DNA of 61,566 bases, filler included, from Globobulimina sp. (taxonomy: Eukaryota), in NCBI GenBank assembly GCA_003354225.1. It is 15 parts of 15 records of this genome, joined end to end, with 100 filler letters (N's around TTAATTAATTAA, not from the genome) between each part and the next. Parts side by side here need not be neighbours in the genome. Positions count along the whole stretch, not along the records: positions 16,457 to 20,468 come from PIVH01001741.1; positions 20,569 to 24,580 come from PIVH01001742.1; positions 24,681 to 28,691 come from PIVH01001743.1; positions 28,792 to 32,802 come from PIVH01001744.1; 11 more parts are not named here. The stretch is one strand, 5' to 3'. The notes under the pieces were generated by a model. It saw nothing but the letters and a program-made list of their open reading frames with translations. It had not been told where the DNA came from and did not search any database. The position numbers were made by a program, and so were the translations under genes. Each line of letters starts with the position of its first letter. Within the stretch, counting starts at the first letter, position 1. This document shows positions 19,458-32,902 of this stretch, piece after piece.

Positions 19458-19871
19458 TTAATTTATCATTTTTCTGATGATGATAAAAGAATTAAAAGTA
19501 TGGACGAAACCATGAATTTGGATATCACTGTGAGCAACAAATAATTTGACATCAATAATTGAGACAATAAATAAATAATTAACAACTGCATTAACATCAT
19601 GTAAAGTAAATTTAGATAATGTTTCTATTGCTAATTCAATTAATTTTGGATCATCTTTATTATTATTTTTATTTTTATCATTTTCATGTTGATTGTTCAT
19701 AATAATTTTCATTATAATCACACCATTTTCAAGTAATGATATTAATGATGATGATATATTATTAGCTGTAGCAGTAATTTGTGGAACATTGTTATTATTA
19801 TTATTAATTGGATTCCATTCACAGTTTCGAAATGAAATTTGAGATGATTTATGACTATTTATGATCACCAC
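19458..19871 (-). CDS. Asn-rich hypothetical protein fragment
   Basis: Low-complexity ORF in a mosaic region; boundaries uncertain. Confidence 0.3.
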   Translation of the reverse strand: MVIINSHKSSQISFRNCEWNPINNNNNNVPQITATANNISSSLISLLENGVIIMKIIMNNQHENDKNKNNNKDDPKLIELAIETLSKFTLHDVNAVVNYLFIVSIIDVKLFVAHSDIQIHGFVHTFNSFIIIRKMIN

Positions 19872-19929
19872 ATGCTGAACCTGGCTTTTTTGACGGTTTG
19901 GTTGCCGAGAGCGTTTTAATTTTCTAATT

Positions 19930-20352
19930 GTTTTTTAATTTTCTGAATGACTTGTAATATATTTATCATTACAATCAATATCTACTCTCGGTGTATTCTC
20001 TACATAAAATAATGCATTACCACATGATGTATAATTATAACAACCAAAAAATACAGAATTTAATGGTCCATTCGCATGATTCATGACCATTACATATTAA
20101 TGTTAAATCATTTGCATTTGGTGCATATATTTGTGTATTATAACATCCTCTATTCCAATCACATTCAATATAACATAATGATGTTGTACCACAATAAATA
20201 CTTCGATCATTAAATGATTCAGCAGCTAATGAATTAATATAATATACACCTGATGAATTAGATATCGTTGGATATATTGGTATTTCTCCAATTAATGTAA
20301 CATCTTCATAATAACACCAATCATTTGCATTTGCACCATTATTATCAGTACC
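19930..20352 (-). CDS. Fragment of a Cys-rich extracellular protein, cut by the repeat at 20353
   Basis: IYCGTTSLCYIECDWNRGCYNTQIYAPNANDLTLICNGHESC has the same module type as 2403-4015. Confidence 0.55.
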
Positions 20353-20468
20353 TATTCTTTTATACCAACAAACACTACCCAGATTGTTCAATCTTATCCA
20401 TAAATATATTTATTCTTTTATAAAAAAAATATGCGAAAACTTCAATAAAAATAGACCAATTATGCGAT
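20353..20468 (+). repeat. Second copy of the last 58-bp unit plus its unique flank (direct repeat of about 16846-16961)
   Basis: About 116 bp near-identical, including TAAAAAAAATATGCGAAAACTTCAATAAAAATAG, with a few substitutions. Confidence 0.95.
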
Positions 20469-20568
20469 NNNNNNNNNNNNNNNNNNNNNNNNNNNNNNNN
20501 NNNNNNNNNNNNTTAATTAATTAANNNNNNNNNNNNNNNNNNNNNNNNNNNNNNNNNNNNNNNNNNNN

Positions 20569-21193
20569 GATTTTGGTTTAAGTAAGGAATTGGGTTTGAA
20601 CAATGATGAAGATGTAACCCATACTTTTTGCGGTACGCCGGAATATTTAGCCCCAGAGATTGTGATGCATCGAGGCCACGGCCTTGCTGTTGATTGGTGG
20701 ACGTTAGGTATATTAAGTTATGAATTAATGGTTGGAATACCACCGTTTTACAGTCAGAATGTCAATGAAATGTATCGAAAGATTCAGGAATCACCGCTAT
20801 TATTTCCACATCATATGACAAAATCGTGTAAAATATTCATGGCGCGGTTATTGATAAGAGATCCAGCAAAACGATTAGGTATATTGCAATTGTGTGTTTT
20901 TGTTATAATTTGTTTGTTGTTTTACAATGTTTGTATGTTTTGCAGGTTCGGATAACGACATTCAAGATATTAAAATTCAAGATTGGTTTAAAAAACTCGA
21001 TTTTGATAAATTAATGAATAAAGAAATTGAGCCAGTTTATAAACCCAAAAATATTAATAAAAAAAGATTAAAAAATAATTTAGTGCAAAATTTTGACTGT
21101 CAATTCACAAATGAAGATGTAGTGGATAGTTATTCTGGTGATGCAAAATTAGATTTTCCTGAATTCTCATATCAAACACAACAGAATGGCTGA
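20569..21193 (+). CDS. AGC Ser/Thr kinase (PKB/SGK-like), C-terminal part; intron 20879-20945
   Basis: DFG, THTFCGTPEYLAPE, DWW and hydrophobic motif FPEFSY. Confidence 0.95.
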
Positions 21194-21433
21194 GAATGCG
21201 CATTAAAATAACTTTTTTGTTTTTTATTTAATTTTAAATTCTCTTTTTTTTGTACTGCAGTATTTGGTGCGGGTATTGAATGTTGATACTTTTGGTTCGC
21301 ATAAGATTAAAATGTCCGAATACAAACTTGTCGATTTCGCACTTTTTAAGTGTTTCTTGTTACCAAAACCAAACATTATATTTAAATAAGTCGATCAAAA
21401 AAACAAAAAAAACAAGTTTAAATAAATCCAAGT

Positions 21434-24185
21434 TTAAAGTAAGAATTTTTGATCGATCATAGTTTTTCGTGATACATTTCTTTCTCCGAAATATGATCGG
21501 ATTTTCAGTAAAATGTAATCAATGATATATGCAATGAATGAGGAAATTATGGTATTATTTGAATCCAGAAATACATTATCAACAAATGCAAATGTTAATA
21601 TTGATAAAATGATTAAATCATATTGCAATCCAATGTACATTAGTTTTGTTTTAAACTGAGACATAAAATCATGATAAAATATGCTATTCTTTTCCATTAA
21701 TAAATTGGGCATACCACCAAAAAATCTGTCAAAACCAATCAATTCTCTTATTTCCCACATATGCGGAGAACTTTTCTCAATGAAATCGCATAAAAACATG
21801 GATAATAACTTGCTTGATTCAATTAATTGTTTGGATAATAAAATGTTCTCTTCTTGATTCAAATTCAATTCATACTGCAATACATCTCGATAGATTTCAT
21901 CATATTGTTGCCGGAATTGCAGAGAGACAAAGATTTCAAACACATCTTTATCTGGTACCAATCCTCTTGATTTGCAAAGATCTTTCCGCTCATTTTCAAT
22001 ATTTGTGTTAATAATTTCCAAGGAGGTATCGGAATGTTCGTGGATTGTTTTGCCATGAATATAAAAACCATGATATCTGGTATCAAAAATAAATATGCTT
22101 ATATTTGCCAATGAGGATAAATCAATTAAATCAATGAAGGGATCGGATGAACAAAATCTATCATTTAGAAAGAAATAATATAAATATTCAATGACATATA
22201 TAATAATTAAAAAAAATGTCGAAATTACAAATTTAAATACCATCGAGATTGGTGTGGTTGCCGTCTCCTGCGATGATCCCGATGTTGTCGGCTTTTCTAA
22301 TGACAAATATTGATATTCAAAACCAATCATAAATAATAGAAATATGAAAAATGTAAATGATGGATTAATATTTCTATAAATGGATATTTCATTCCATTCG
22401 TTTGCGACAAATAATTTTCTCCAACATGATATTTCAGAAATATTCGTCATCGAATTGTGTTGTTGTGGTTGTTGTTGTTTTGGTTTCTCCCAATCAACGA
22501 AGAATATATCGACGTTGCATTGATCCCAAATCGACATCAATACATAAATAAGTTTGGCTAAAAAGCAATATATCAACAACGCTTTGAAAGCAACAATCAT
22601 TGAATCATCGTTTTGTGGCAATAAAAACTGAATATTTGATTGTCCTTTGAATGATAAATAGCAATATGATGCAATAAAAAATAGAAAGAAAAAAAAGAAA
22701 TTTGATGACACGCCGAATCCGACGACTATGAGCCGTATAAACCAAATTAAATCACTATTATTCATGTTCATATTCATAGTTATTGTATTATTTACTTCTA
22801 TTCGTTGATATTTGTATATTTTATAAACCCACACCAATATAATTAAAATTAATGTAATTACGAATAAAATAATAATTGCTATCTTAAAACCGTCTGTTTC
22901 TTTGCTATAATATGCTTTGAATGATGTGTGCACATTTTTATTTTTCGAATTGCTTTCTTTTAATCCATAACGAATTTGTATTAATGGAGGATAAATCTTG
23001 TCGTCGTTGAAAATGTTTACCTTAAAAGTTACAGATTGGAGATACATTAAAATCTCATTGTTTGATGCTAAATTATCAAAAATAAAAAATCTACGAACAA
23101 TTTTGTATCCGTCATCATTATCAATATTTTCTACATGTATTGGAATTGGAAAATAAGTATTCTCCGCTTCAATGTATAAATATGGATCATAAAATATCAT
23201 ATCATCATCACCATCGATCGAAGATAAATCATAATTGCATGAAATATCTGTATTATAGCCAATTTTGGTAAATTTTGATTGGTCATTATTGTTTAGGTGA
23301 TCTTTACAAAAATAAAACAACTCATTACTTATCTCTTCGTGGCCGATCATGGTGCCATTCATAGAATATTTCACCAAAATCAACGTTAATTTAGAGTTTA
23401 ATTTAAATGATATCGACGATAATGAGCTCGAAGTGATAATATCATTATGATTTGGATAATACAAAAACGGTAAACTTTCTTTCCAATTTTCAATATTATT
23501 TGAAATCGAATCAATTGAATCTGAAATCGCTACAAATAATTTGCACGAATTATGTTCTTTGTTATACATTGTTAATACACACAAATTTGCCAATGTTTGA
23601 CAGGCTTTTATGTCTCTGTATATTTGGCAATTTACTGCGGAATCTAAGAAATAGTGTTCAAATAAGTTACTACTTTGAATTGTAGCGATTTCAGAGCTAT
23701 CAAGATTTTTAAATGATATTTGTTTTGAAATTGTTAAATCATAATTTGAATGGATAAATGTTGAATTACTTTGCGACACACAACCTTCACCAGATTGGGT
23801 TGAAATAAATGGTGATGGACATATACATTTGTAGTCAGCCGAACTGTCGATGATTTTGGGTGCTTTGCACAGTACACATTCATAACCAATATCGGATATT
23901 GATGATAATGAGTGGTCAGTTGGGCATTGAGTGCATATCTTTCTATCTTCCAGATCTGATAAATATTGATTATTCTCAGCACACTCACATTGTAATGTAG
24001 ATGCATTAAATATCGCATCGGTGGAGGTATCGCATTGTAAACAGGATGACTTATCCAATGATGCGGAAAGATTCGAGGAACTGTCGCATGAAGAACATTC
24101 TAATGATGACGCATCAAATATTTGGTTTGGACATGTGAAATCAATCGAGAATGGTGATTCCTCAATGGATGTGTTTATTAAAATA
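21434..24185 (-). CDS. TMEM67: Meckelin (TMEM67/MKS3), ciliary transition-zone protein
   Basis: Cys-rich N-terminus, ACQTLANLCVL, DIFFVDWEKP, WRKLFVANEWNE, GFYIHGK and C-terminal KTMIDQKFLL. True start codon not resolved. Confidence 0.93.
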
Positions 24186-24680
24186 ATATTTTACTTTCTT
24201 TTCACTTAAATGCACTTTGTCTTATAGATTTTTACGATAAAGCAAAAATGCCTTATGAGTTGAACAATTTCTATTTTTCATTTATAAAACTCTCTTGTTT
24301 TTGAGTGGTGTATTTATAGAGTGTTCAGTGTTCAGTCGCAGTCACATCAGTATGGCAGAGCATAGAACACATTTGGGAAATCTGTTAACCAAAAATGCAC
24401 TGTTAACAATGGATTATGACATGTTTTTTCTGCGCTAAATGTAAATATTGTCGTGTTTGAACAATATGATGATGGACATGTCATTGAACAAAAGTCTGAG
24501 GTGTCTCCATTGCCGATATTCAATGATATTTCCCCTATAATGCATTTAATGCATAATAGTACGATATATGTTATTAGATANNNNNNNNNNNNNNNNNNNN
24601 NNNNNNNNNNNNNNNNNNNNNNNNTTAATTAATTAANNNNNNNNNNNNNNNNNNNNNNNNNNNNNNNNNNNNNNNNNNNN

Positions 24681-26120
24681 TCTATTTGATGTTTCATCAA
24701 ATAAGATTTACATATTTTATCTTCCGAAAGCCAATTTGTTGTTGATAAAAGAATATAATTGACTGATGACAGTCGCATTATCTTATCCTGCTTTTTAGTA
24801 TAAGACAGTACTCCGTTATGCCGTGCTCCTACACGATGCGCTTTGGCAGCAGTTATCCATCCAATTAACGTAAACCTTGGCAAAATGAACATGATTAATC
24901 TAAGTATATAAACAATGTTAGATTGAACATACCAGAATTCCGATGATGTTTTACCCTCCGGATATCTCAAAGTTCCGTTAAACCACAAAGTGGAAGCTAA
25001 CCAGGTCCAGCCCAATATTTCCAATGACAAAACACTAGCAATTACACCACAAACCCATAAAAATGTAACCATAACAAAAGAAAAAGCAGCAACTACAAAC
25101 TTTACACAGATTCCATATTGTACGACACCAACTAATTCAAACATAGTTTCCAAATGAAGTGAAGCTGATATAAAGGCAATGAGAGGACAGACTAACACCA
25201 ATATTTTATAAATCCACACAGTTTTGAGCACCATGAATGGGTATAATAATTCTGCGGTTGCTGGTTCATAAAAGACCCAACTCACAACAAAAAATATTGA
25301 AAAAAAATCAGTTATCCCACATAACCAGTTGAAAATTAATTGCTTTAGATTCAGTGCAGTAGAAATTGAAAAGATAAACGCTTTGCTGGCTATATTTAAT
25401 AATATGTGGACGATGGTAACATAAAAACATAAATTAAGAACTTACCTACGCTTAACATAGATATTAATATGGATAATATTGCAACAACATTGGCTTCTTT
25501 GTACATAACAATGGCGATCATCTGCAACACTGCCTGTGGAAAAGCTAAAAGACTGTTAATTATATGAAGAAAAACATTAATTAATAATTACTGTAGTAAA
25601 TGCAGTGTTTTTGCTCATATAATTAATTAATTGGATGCAAACATTTTACCTTCAACTAATGCTTCTAAAATGAAACCTAAATGCTTGGATATTTTTGTTT
25701 CCATAAACATTCGCAAAGTGGAGATATTCGCAGAAATGGATGGATTTATAAATGTAATATTAAAGCAACAGTTATGCTCCAATAACACTGATAATTTCGC
25801 AGACGTTGAATCAGTGAAATAGAATATAAATGGCAAAAATGGTGTGATTGGCAATAATGAAATAAATAGCAATATATTTTTTAATAAACCTTCATTTGAA
25901 AATTTATACAGGAATGCCATATCATAAGCAGTTAATGCTAAAAGTAAAATCGTCAGACTAACAATAAAGAATTCCGTTCTACCATTTTGATAAAATCCAA
26001 TGCAGACAATAATATCAGTTGAGACATCTAAAATGCTGATTGTTTGGGCCAAAATGTCATATAGAATTCCAAAAAAATTGCTTGTGCCACAAATCGTATT
26101 TGTTGGAGAGGACGATAATT
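24681..26120 (-). CDS. XK-related multi-pass membrane protein (intron-containing, 3' truncated)
   Basis: DVSTDI...FFIVSLTIL and EALVE|AFPQAVLQ across an intron, followed by several TM segments. Confidence 0.6.
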
Positions 26121-26438
26121 TACATTTACTTCACTTCACAACCATGTCACTGGCAGCAGACAACGTTTATAGCAAACCACTGTTATCGCACAATAAAAGC
26201 GCAAATGAAACTGGTATTGATGATGTAAAAGAGATTCCATTGCCGAATGAAAACGGAAATACGTTATGTATTTGTTTTGCATCACACTGACATAAATAGG
26301 CAATATGATATATTTAAATATATACCACAGAAATATCAAAATCAATGATGGTGACTATTTTGAATGGAAGAATGTAAACGGTTTGTTAATTCATATTATG
26401 ATAAAAATGAATAAAATAACAACATAAAATAAAAATTA

Positions 26439-28405
26439 GTGAGCATTGAAGGTAAACAAATATTATATAATATATGTGGTAGAGTTGGTAGTGGTCAGTT
26501 ACTTGGCATATTGGGCGGATCCGGAGCTGGTAAGACAACACTTTTAAATGCTATCTCTGGCAGAATCTTGAACAAAAACCCCACCAATTTACTTTGCATT
26601 GAAAAATGTAAACGGAAACCAACTGCAGTTTAGTAACAATCCTCCAATTCATACTCATACACATCATAATTTAATCATATATTCATATCCCAACCTACAA
26701 AAAAGGTGACTGGATCTGTTGGATTTAAACAACATGAATTTAAATTGGGCGATTCTGACCAAATTAAACATATATCAGCATATGTTATGCAAAATGATAT
26801 CATGTGTCCTACAGCTACAGGTCTGCATAATTCATATATCATTGTTTGATATATCAGATGCGAAACGTTAACGTTTACTGTTTTAACAGGTCACGAGGCA
26901 TTGTTATTTTCCTCAAAATTGCGCAGTAAAAAAGATGCCTCCACTCGGTTAGAAATAATTGATTCTGTAACAACTTCATTAAAATTAATTAACTGCGCCA
27001 ATACTAAGATTGGCAACGATGCAATCAAAGGAATGTCCGGTGGAGAAAGAAAAAGAACCTCAGTTGGTGTTGAATTAGTAGTTGAGCCATCGTTGATATT
27101 CTTAGACGAACCCACATCGGGTTTGGACAGCTTCACTGCATTAAAAACCTTAGAAATTTTAAAAGATTTAACTGCTCAGCAAGGCAAACAAGTGATTGCC
27201 ACCATCCATCAGCCATCGTCAGATATCTTTTCCATGATTGATGTGTTATTATTGTTAAGTGAAGGGCACGTTGTTTATTTTGGTCCCGTTAAGCAAGCAC
27301 TGTCATACTTTGAACGTATCGGTTATCAATGTCCTGAATACACCAATATTGCCGAGTATGTGGTGAACAGTGTGCAGCAAAAACCAAAGTATTTCATTCA
27401 AGAATGGAAAAAGTATGAGAGGGAGTATATTGATTTAGATTTTAAATCGTATGGTGTGTTATATCCACAGAAACAGCAGAATGCAGGTTTTTGTACTCAA
27501 GCAATTGAAATATTTAAACGTGAATTTCAGATTTTAGCTCGAGATCCCCGACCCAGCAGAATTAGATTAGCACAGACCATTGTGTTCAGTTTGTTCGTTG
27601 GCATTTTATATTTTGATTTGCCATATAATCAGCAAGGACTACGGGACAGGTTTGTATATTAAATATTGTACATTGAACAATTATATTTATCTCAATGTTT
27701 TTGGTTAGGTTTGGCGCAGTGTTTTTCCTGACAGTTAATTCATCGATGACTGGTTTAATTAGCACTATCATTGTGTTCCCAGAGCAACGATTGTTATTTG
27801 AACGCGAACGGAATGCAAATATGTATTATACGACAACGTATTTGATTGCAAAGTTATTGGTGTCGTTGCCCGAAGCAATGTTATTTACATTATTTTATCA
27901 ACTTATATGTTATTGGATGGTTGGATTTGATTCTAGTTTTTTTCAATTATATGTTTCAATTTTGTTGTCAGTGTTAAGTACAGGTTCTGTTGGATTTGTG
28001 GTTGGCTGTTTTGCAAACAATCCAGCGGAAGGAATGCAAGTTATGCCGGTTGCGTTTGTCCCGTTTTTATTGTTCACAAATTTTATGGTGTCGTTGAGTC
28101 AAATACCGGCATGGATACGATGGATACAATGGATTGACCCTTTTAAATATGTTGTGGATTGTTTATCGATCACAGAATTCCAAGGCCAGCTACATGACTG
28201 TGATGTTAATGGAGCAAATTGTATATATGATGGTGATGAATATTTAAATGAACTTGGTGCAGGATATGCAGATGAATGGTTACTCAAAAGTTGGATAAAC
28301 ACATGGATGGATAGTGTGTATTTTGATTGGTTAATGTTATTGGTTTTAATTATTGGCTTTAGGTTTATTGCATGCGTTATTTTAGTGAATAGAAATGGAT
28401 TTTAA
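26439..28405 (+). CDS. ABCG (White-type) half transporter, several introns
   Basis: Walker A GGSGAGKTT, MSGGERKR, FLDEPTSGLD, TIHQP and a C-terminal ABC2 membrane domain. 5' end uncertain. Confidence 0.95.
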
Positions 28406-29194
28406 ATACTATCATATACTAATACTAATCATTAATCTTGACACAAATAGATACGTACAGTACAGTTGTAGTTTCAATTTAACGATGAGTACTTCTCCCC
28501 CACCTTTAACATTTTCTTTATAACTGAATTATATAATTATTATATAAACGATATATTCCAAAAGATAACCTTAAATCAATGATCTCGGCACATATACAAC
28601 AGCGTGAACTAAATTGAGTGACAGAGATATGATAATTTTCCAAACCATAAAAACGAAATTAAATTGAAAATAAAATTAGTTTCAAACCAACNNNNNNNNN
28701 NNNNNNNNNNNNNNNNNNNNNNNNNNNNNNNNNNNTTAATTAATTAANNNNNNNNNNNNNNNNNNNNNNNNNNNNNNNNNNNNNNNNNNNNATACGAAAC
28801 ATGGATAACATTGATAATGAATTGATGGATAACACTCTGAATGATATTGAATTGAATGAATTGAATAAATCATTACGATATAACCGATTATTTTATGCAT
28901 ATGCATACCATCCATTATTGCAAATTAATGATAAGCCAAATAGTCCGATATTTGTAAATATGATAGAATCGAATGACTGATTTGTTAGTGACTATTCCTA
29001 GATGTACAGACTAATTGCCTTAAACAAAGGGGTGATGTGGATATTATGACTTGACTTTGATGACTCGTCCCTTGTTTGTGATTGTTTTGTGGTTTTTCGA
29101 CTAAGTTAGTGACTGAACTAGAATACTTAAATAAAGACAATTAATCCTTACGGATTACAAAGCAAAGTAGTCGACACCACCAGAGGAGTCTCCA

Positions 29195-30616
29195 CATCCA
29201 ACAAAATATCCGTCAGATTATCCTACAAAAAATCCAACAAAAAATCCGTCTGCAAATCCTACAATGAATCCCACCAAAAATCCGACAATGAATCCAACAA
29301 AATATCCATCAGCAAATCCTACAAACATTCCAACCAAAAATCCGACAACAAATCCAACCAAAAATCCAAGTGCAAATCCAACAAAATATCCGTCAGATTA
29401 TCCTATAAAAAATCCGTCTGCAAATCCTACAAAAAAACCAACCAAAAATCCATCAGCAAATCCTACAAACATTCCAACCTCATCTCCAACCTGGAAACCA
29501 ACAGGAAATCCAGCTGCAAATCCTACTGATTATCCAACATTAAATCCAACTTCTTTTCCGACATCGTTTCCAGTCCGAAATCCAACAGCAAACCCAACTC
29601 AATATCCGTTATTTGAGAGTGCAGAATCTTTGGATGAAGCTTCCACATTAAATCCCACATTGGAACCAACTGCAAATCCAAGCTATGAACCAACAATAAA
29701 TCCATCGCCAAAACCGACGGAAATCGCAAGTAAATATCCGACAATTAACCCAACATTAGAACCAACAGTGGGAGCAACACAAAATGATATTATTATTGCT
29801 TACAATTTTTCAGAGAATGCGACCGGTGCTGCTGGCGCTGTTGACCAATATACCACAAAATATCCAACCAAAAACAATGAAGTTGAATGTGGTGATGACT
29901 CGATAGCAGGTTTTTATACTCACCATTTCCCATTTTTGTCATTTGCTGTTAATATGGCATATGACGGAGATTTGATGTTTGATGCGAGCGGATCTCAGAT
30001 ATTAATACGACGCATAACTGCGTACAATAGAAAATACCCAAATATTGCCTTACAAAATGATAATGAGAATGACAGAATATTTGAATTAGATGATGTGCGA
30101 TCCGGTGGCTATATATTTGTAATGGAGGTTGCCGATGATGTTATAAGTGGTACCTATAAAATATCAATTTTTTGTGACTCTGAAAATCCAACAAAATCTC
30201 CAACAGCAGAACCAACACCAAATCCTACACCAAATCCAACAAAATATCCAACCATTATTCCTACGCCAAATCCAACGCCCAAACCAACTACAAAACCGAC
30301 ACCAAATCCAACACCAAATCCAACGCCAAATCCTAGCAAATATCCAACATTGCAACCAATTGCAAGTAAATGGCCGACACGCTCTCCTGTTCCAACCACT
30401 GCAAAGCCAACAAAACGTATGTTTGATTTTATATTTTTTGTAATTTGTGATATGATGATATTGATTGTTTGCGTTTGTTTGATTTTAGGTCCGTTATTAA
30501 TGAAAAGTGGATGGTATATTTATGATTATGATTCATCTTCGTCTTCATCTCCATGTTCTTCTTCTTCTTCATCTTCTTCATCTTCTTCATCCTCATCACA
30601 TTCTAAACGTTGGTGA
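29195..30616 (+). CDS. NPT/PT-repeat mucin-like protein with an internal beta-sandwich-like module, 5' incomplete
   Basis: Dozens of 12-bp NPTK/NPSA/PTPN units, a globular insert ending GTYKISIFC, and a poly-Ser tail after a probable intron. Confidence 0.8.
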   Translation, partial: HPTKYPSDYPTKNPTKNPSANPTMNPTKNPTMNPTKYPSANPTNIPTKNPTTNPTKNPSANPTKYPSDYPIKNPSANPTKKPTKNPSANPTNIPTSSPTWKPTGNPAANPTDYPTLNPTSFPTSFPVRNPTANPTQYPLFESAESLDEASTLNPTLEPTANPSYEPTINPSPKPTEIASKYPTINPTLEPTVGATQNDIIIAYNFSENATGAAGAVDQYTTKYPTKNNEVECGDDSIAGFYTHHFPFLSFAVNMAYDGDLMFDASGSQILIRRITAYNRKYPNIALQNDNENDRIFELDDVRSGGYIFVMEVADDVISGTYKISIFCDSENPTKSPTAEPTPNPTPNPTKYPTIIPTPNPTPKPTTKPTPNPTPNPTPNPSKYPTLQPIASKWPTRSPVPTTAKPTKRMFDFIFFVICDMMILIVCVCLILGPLLMKSGWYIYDYDSSSSSSPCSSSSSSSSSSSSSSHSKRW

Positions 30617-30928
30617 AATTAAGTAAATTAAAGATTTGTTATTTTAATTGACTTTTATGCATGTTTTTGCTGTTATTTTTTTTCTTTTTTTTTTTTTTGT
30701 TATTTAATATTCAAATTACTTGGGGTTTAATACTATACTATACATTGAATAAGTTATTCAGAAACACAACTCTTTTGATTCATAGCTAGTCAGTCATCTT
30801 TTTATAATTACTCAAAAACAAAACCAACAAAACTTTCCTTACTTCAGTTGCGTCTTTCTTTCTTCTTCAATCGTCGACCAAACCGTAACAAATCTAAGAA
30901 AACTTTACATCGATTGATTTTAAACAAT

Positions 30929-31660
30929 ATGTGGTTTCTAATATTGGTGCCATTTGCATTATTATTTGGTTTAGTTTGTGGACAATCAGCATGTGATCCT
31001 GACGATTATCAGAGATGCGGTGAATTGATTGAGAGAAATGGTTATGCGGCAACCTGTGATGACGAAAGCAATAAAGAATGTCGGGATTGTATTGGATGTA
31101 ATCAAGCATGTCCTTGGGTGCCATGTACACCGGCCGTCACTTGCTGTACGTTAAGATATAATATAATATATAATATATATTTAAAAGCATGCACCTATAC
31201 ACAAATATATTATATAATCTATATAGCTGTGGCAGAGTATATCGAGGCTGGGGAATATATCGAAAGTAAGAAAGAAAACTTGGGATGGTTGAATTTATGC
31301 TGCGAAAGGGATGCGCCAGAGATCAAGAAATGTGTAGGGTGTCAACAGGCGAATATATTTGGGATGTTGTGTAGTTTGGTCTATCCACCGTTGAAATTCG
31401 GTATGCAAATGCAGGGCGTCTCATTCCCAGCTCTCGCAGCTCCGGAAATGGCTTTAAATGCATATAGCCCCGGTGTAGGCACTCAATCTCAAGCGGGAGC
31501 TGCCGGTGTAGTATTTGATAAAGCGTTGTATTTGGGCGTTGGTGCAATTTTTGGTTTATTATTTGTGTTGACAGTAATTAATGGTTTGAGTTGGAAAAGA
31601 AATAAAAGCATTGCTTATAGGAAGGTGGATTATGGTGTCACGGATGTTGAACATAATTAA
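30929..31660 (+). CDS. Small Cys-rich type I membrane protein; probable intron 31146-31226
   Basis: Signal peptide, two related Cys modules (..CRDCIGC / ..KKCVGC) and a C-terminal TM helix. Confidence 0.7.
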   Translation: MWFLILVPFALLFGLVCGQSACDPDDYQRCGELIERNGYAATCDDESNKECRDCIGCNQACPWVPCTPAVTCCTLRYNIIYNIYLKACTYTQIYYIIYIAVAEYIEAGEYIESKKENLGWLNLCCERDAPEIKKCVGCQQANIFGMLCSLVYPPLKFGMQMQGVSFPALAAPEMALNAYSPGVGTQSQAGAAGVVFDKALYLGVGAIFGLLFVLTVINGLSWKRNKSIAYRKVDYGVTDVEHN

Positions 31661-32284
31661 TATATAATTAGTTTTTATTTTTAGTTTTAGTTTGTGTTTT
31701 TAGTTTTAAATAATTAATGATTTGTACACTTGCGCACATATTGAAAATTAAACAGAGGTGCGATATATCTGACAGTTTATCAATGACTGTCAGAACATGC
31801 AACAAACTAAAACAAATCAGATTAAATAGTTCCTGAATAGTAACTAAATAGGTGCACATTTTCATTTTGCACTCCGAATTTTGCACTCCGAACTATTTCC
31901 CCCCGGCAAAACGCAATATACACTGTGGAAACTGTACATGTTATCAGATTATTTGTGAGATGCAATTATATTAATCTTCAAAACCTTAAGAAATCAATTT
32001 ACTTCCCCCCCCCCTAGAACGGAGACTATCATCTTACATCCTTGCATTTCGCATTGACAACAACAACAAGAAACTACAATCCTATAAAAGGTAGTCAGTC
32101 GCAACTCGAAAATGCTTCGGCAAAAGAGAACGACAAAAGACTTAAAACTCACACAAATAATATATATTACAAACAAAATAATATAAGACATGATAATATA
32201 AATCCAATAATTTATCCTACAAAAAACGCATACAAAGAATTCTATACAATAAAATATTTAGATACGCAAAATCGCAGTATCAAA

Positions 32285-32802
32285 ATGGCTCAAAAAGATA
32301 CAGAGTCCAAACCGAAAGTGGCTAAACATCCGCAAACATTCAGCCAATCAAATGATCAGAATATAAATAATGACGTATCATCAAAAAATGTAATTAGATT
32401 AACCCTCAAACCATCGCAGCAGCAAAGAAGAAATGTGCCACGGGAACAGCAGAAATTATATTATATCAATGATTCAATTGATGAGTCAGAGAAAGGATTA
32501 TTATTAGCTACATTTGCCGGAGAATTGTGCCCAATTAATGTTGAACCCAAATGGGAGAGCCTGGCAACATCATTAGCTGTCAAAATTATTACGATTAATT
32601 CAATGCATTTCTACGCATTAGACTGGCAACGTATGGCTAAAAGGGAAAGAAAGAGAATTAAAATGGTGAATTTTGAACATGCGGTACATCCATCCCCTCC
32701 CAATACGTATACCAAATCCGATGGATATTTCCCACCGTTAATTGAAGCGAATAAAGACACATTGAAAATGTCGCAGTATCCCGTATACAAACCAATCAAT
32801 AA
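32285..32802 (+). CDS. Hypothetical protein, 3' truncated
   Basis: ORF from MAQKDTES running into the spacer. Confidence 0.5.
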
Positions 32803-32902
32803 NNNNNNNNNNNNNNNNNNNNNNNNNNNNNNNNNNNNNNNNNNNNTTAATTAATTAANNNNNNNNNNNNNNNNNNNNNNNNNNNNNNNNNNNNNNNNNN
32901 NN

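Noticed and set aside
31864-31893. Short direct repeats (ATTTTGCACTCCGA x2; also CCAATAATACCGTC x2 at about 53892-53937)
   Set aside because: Two copies only, with no associated structure or gene; probably local duplications.
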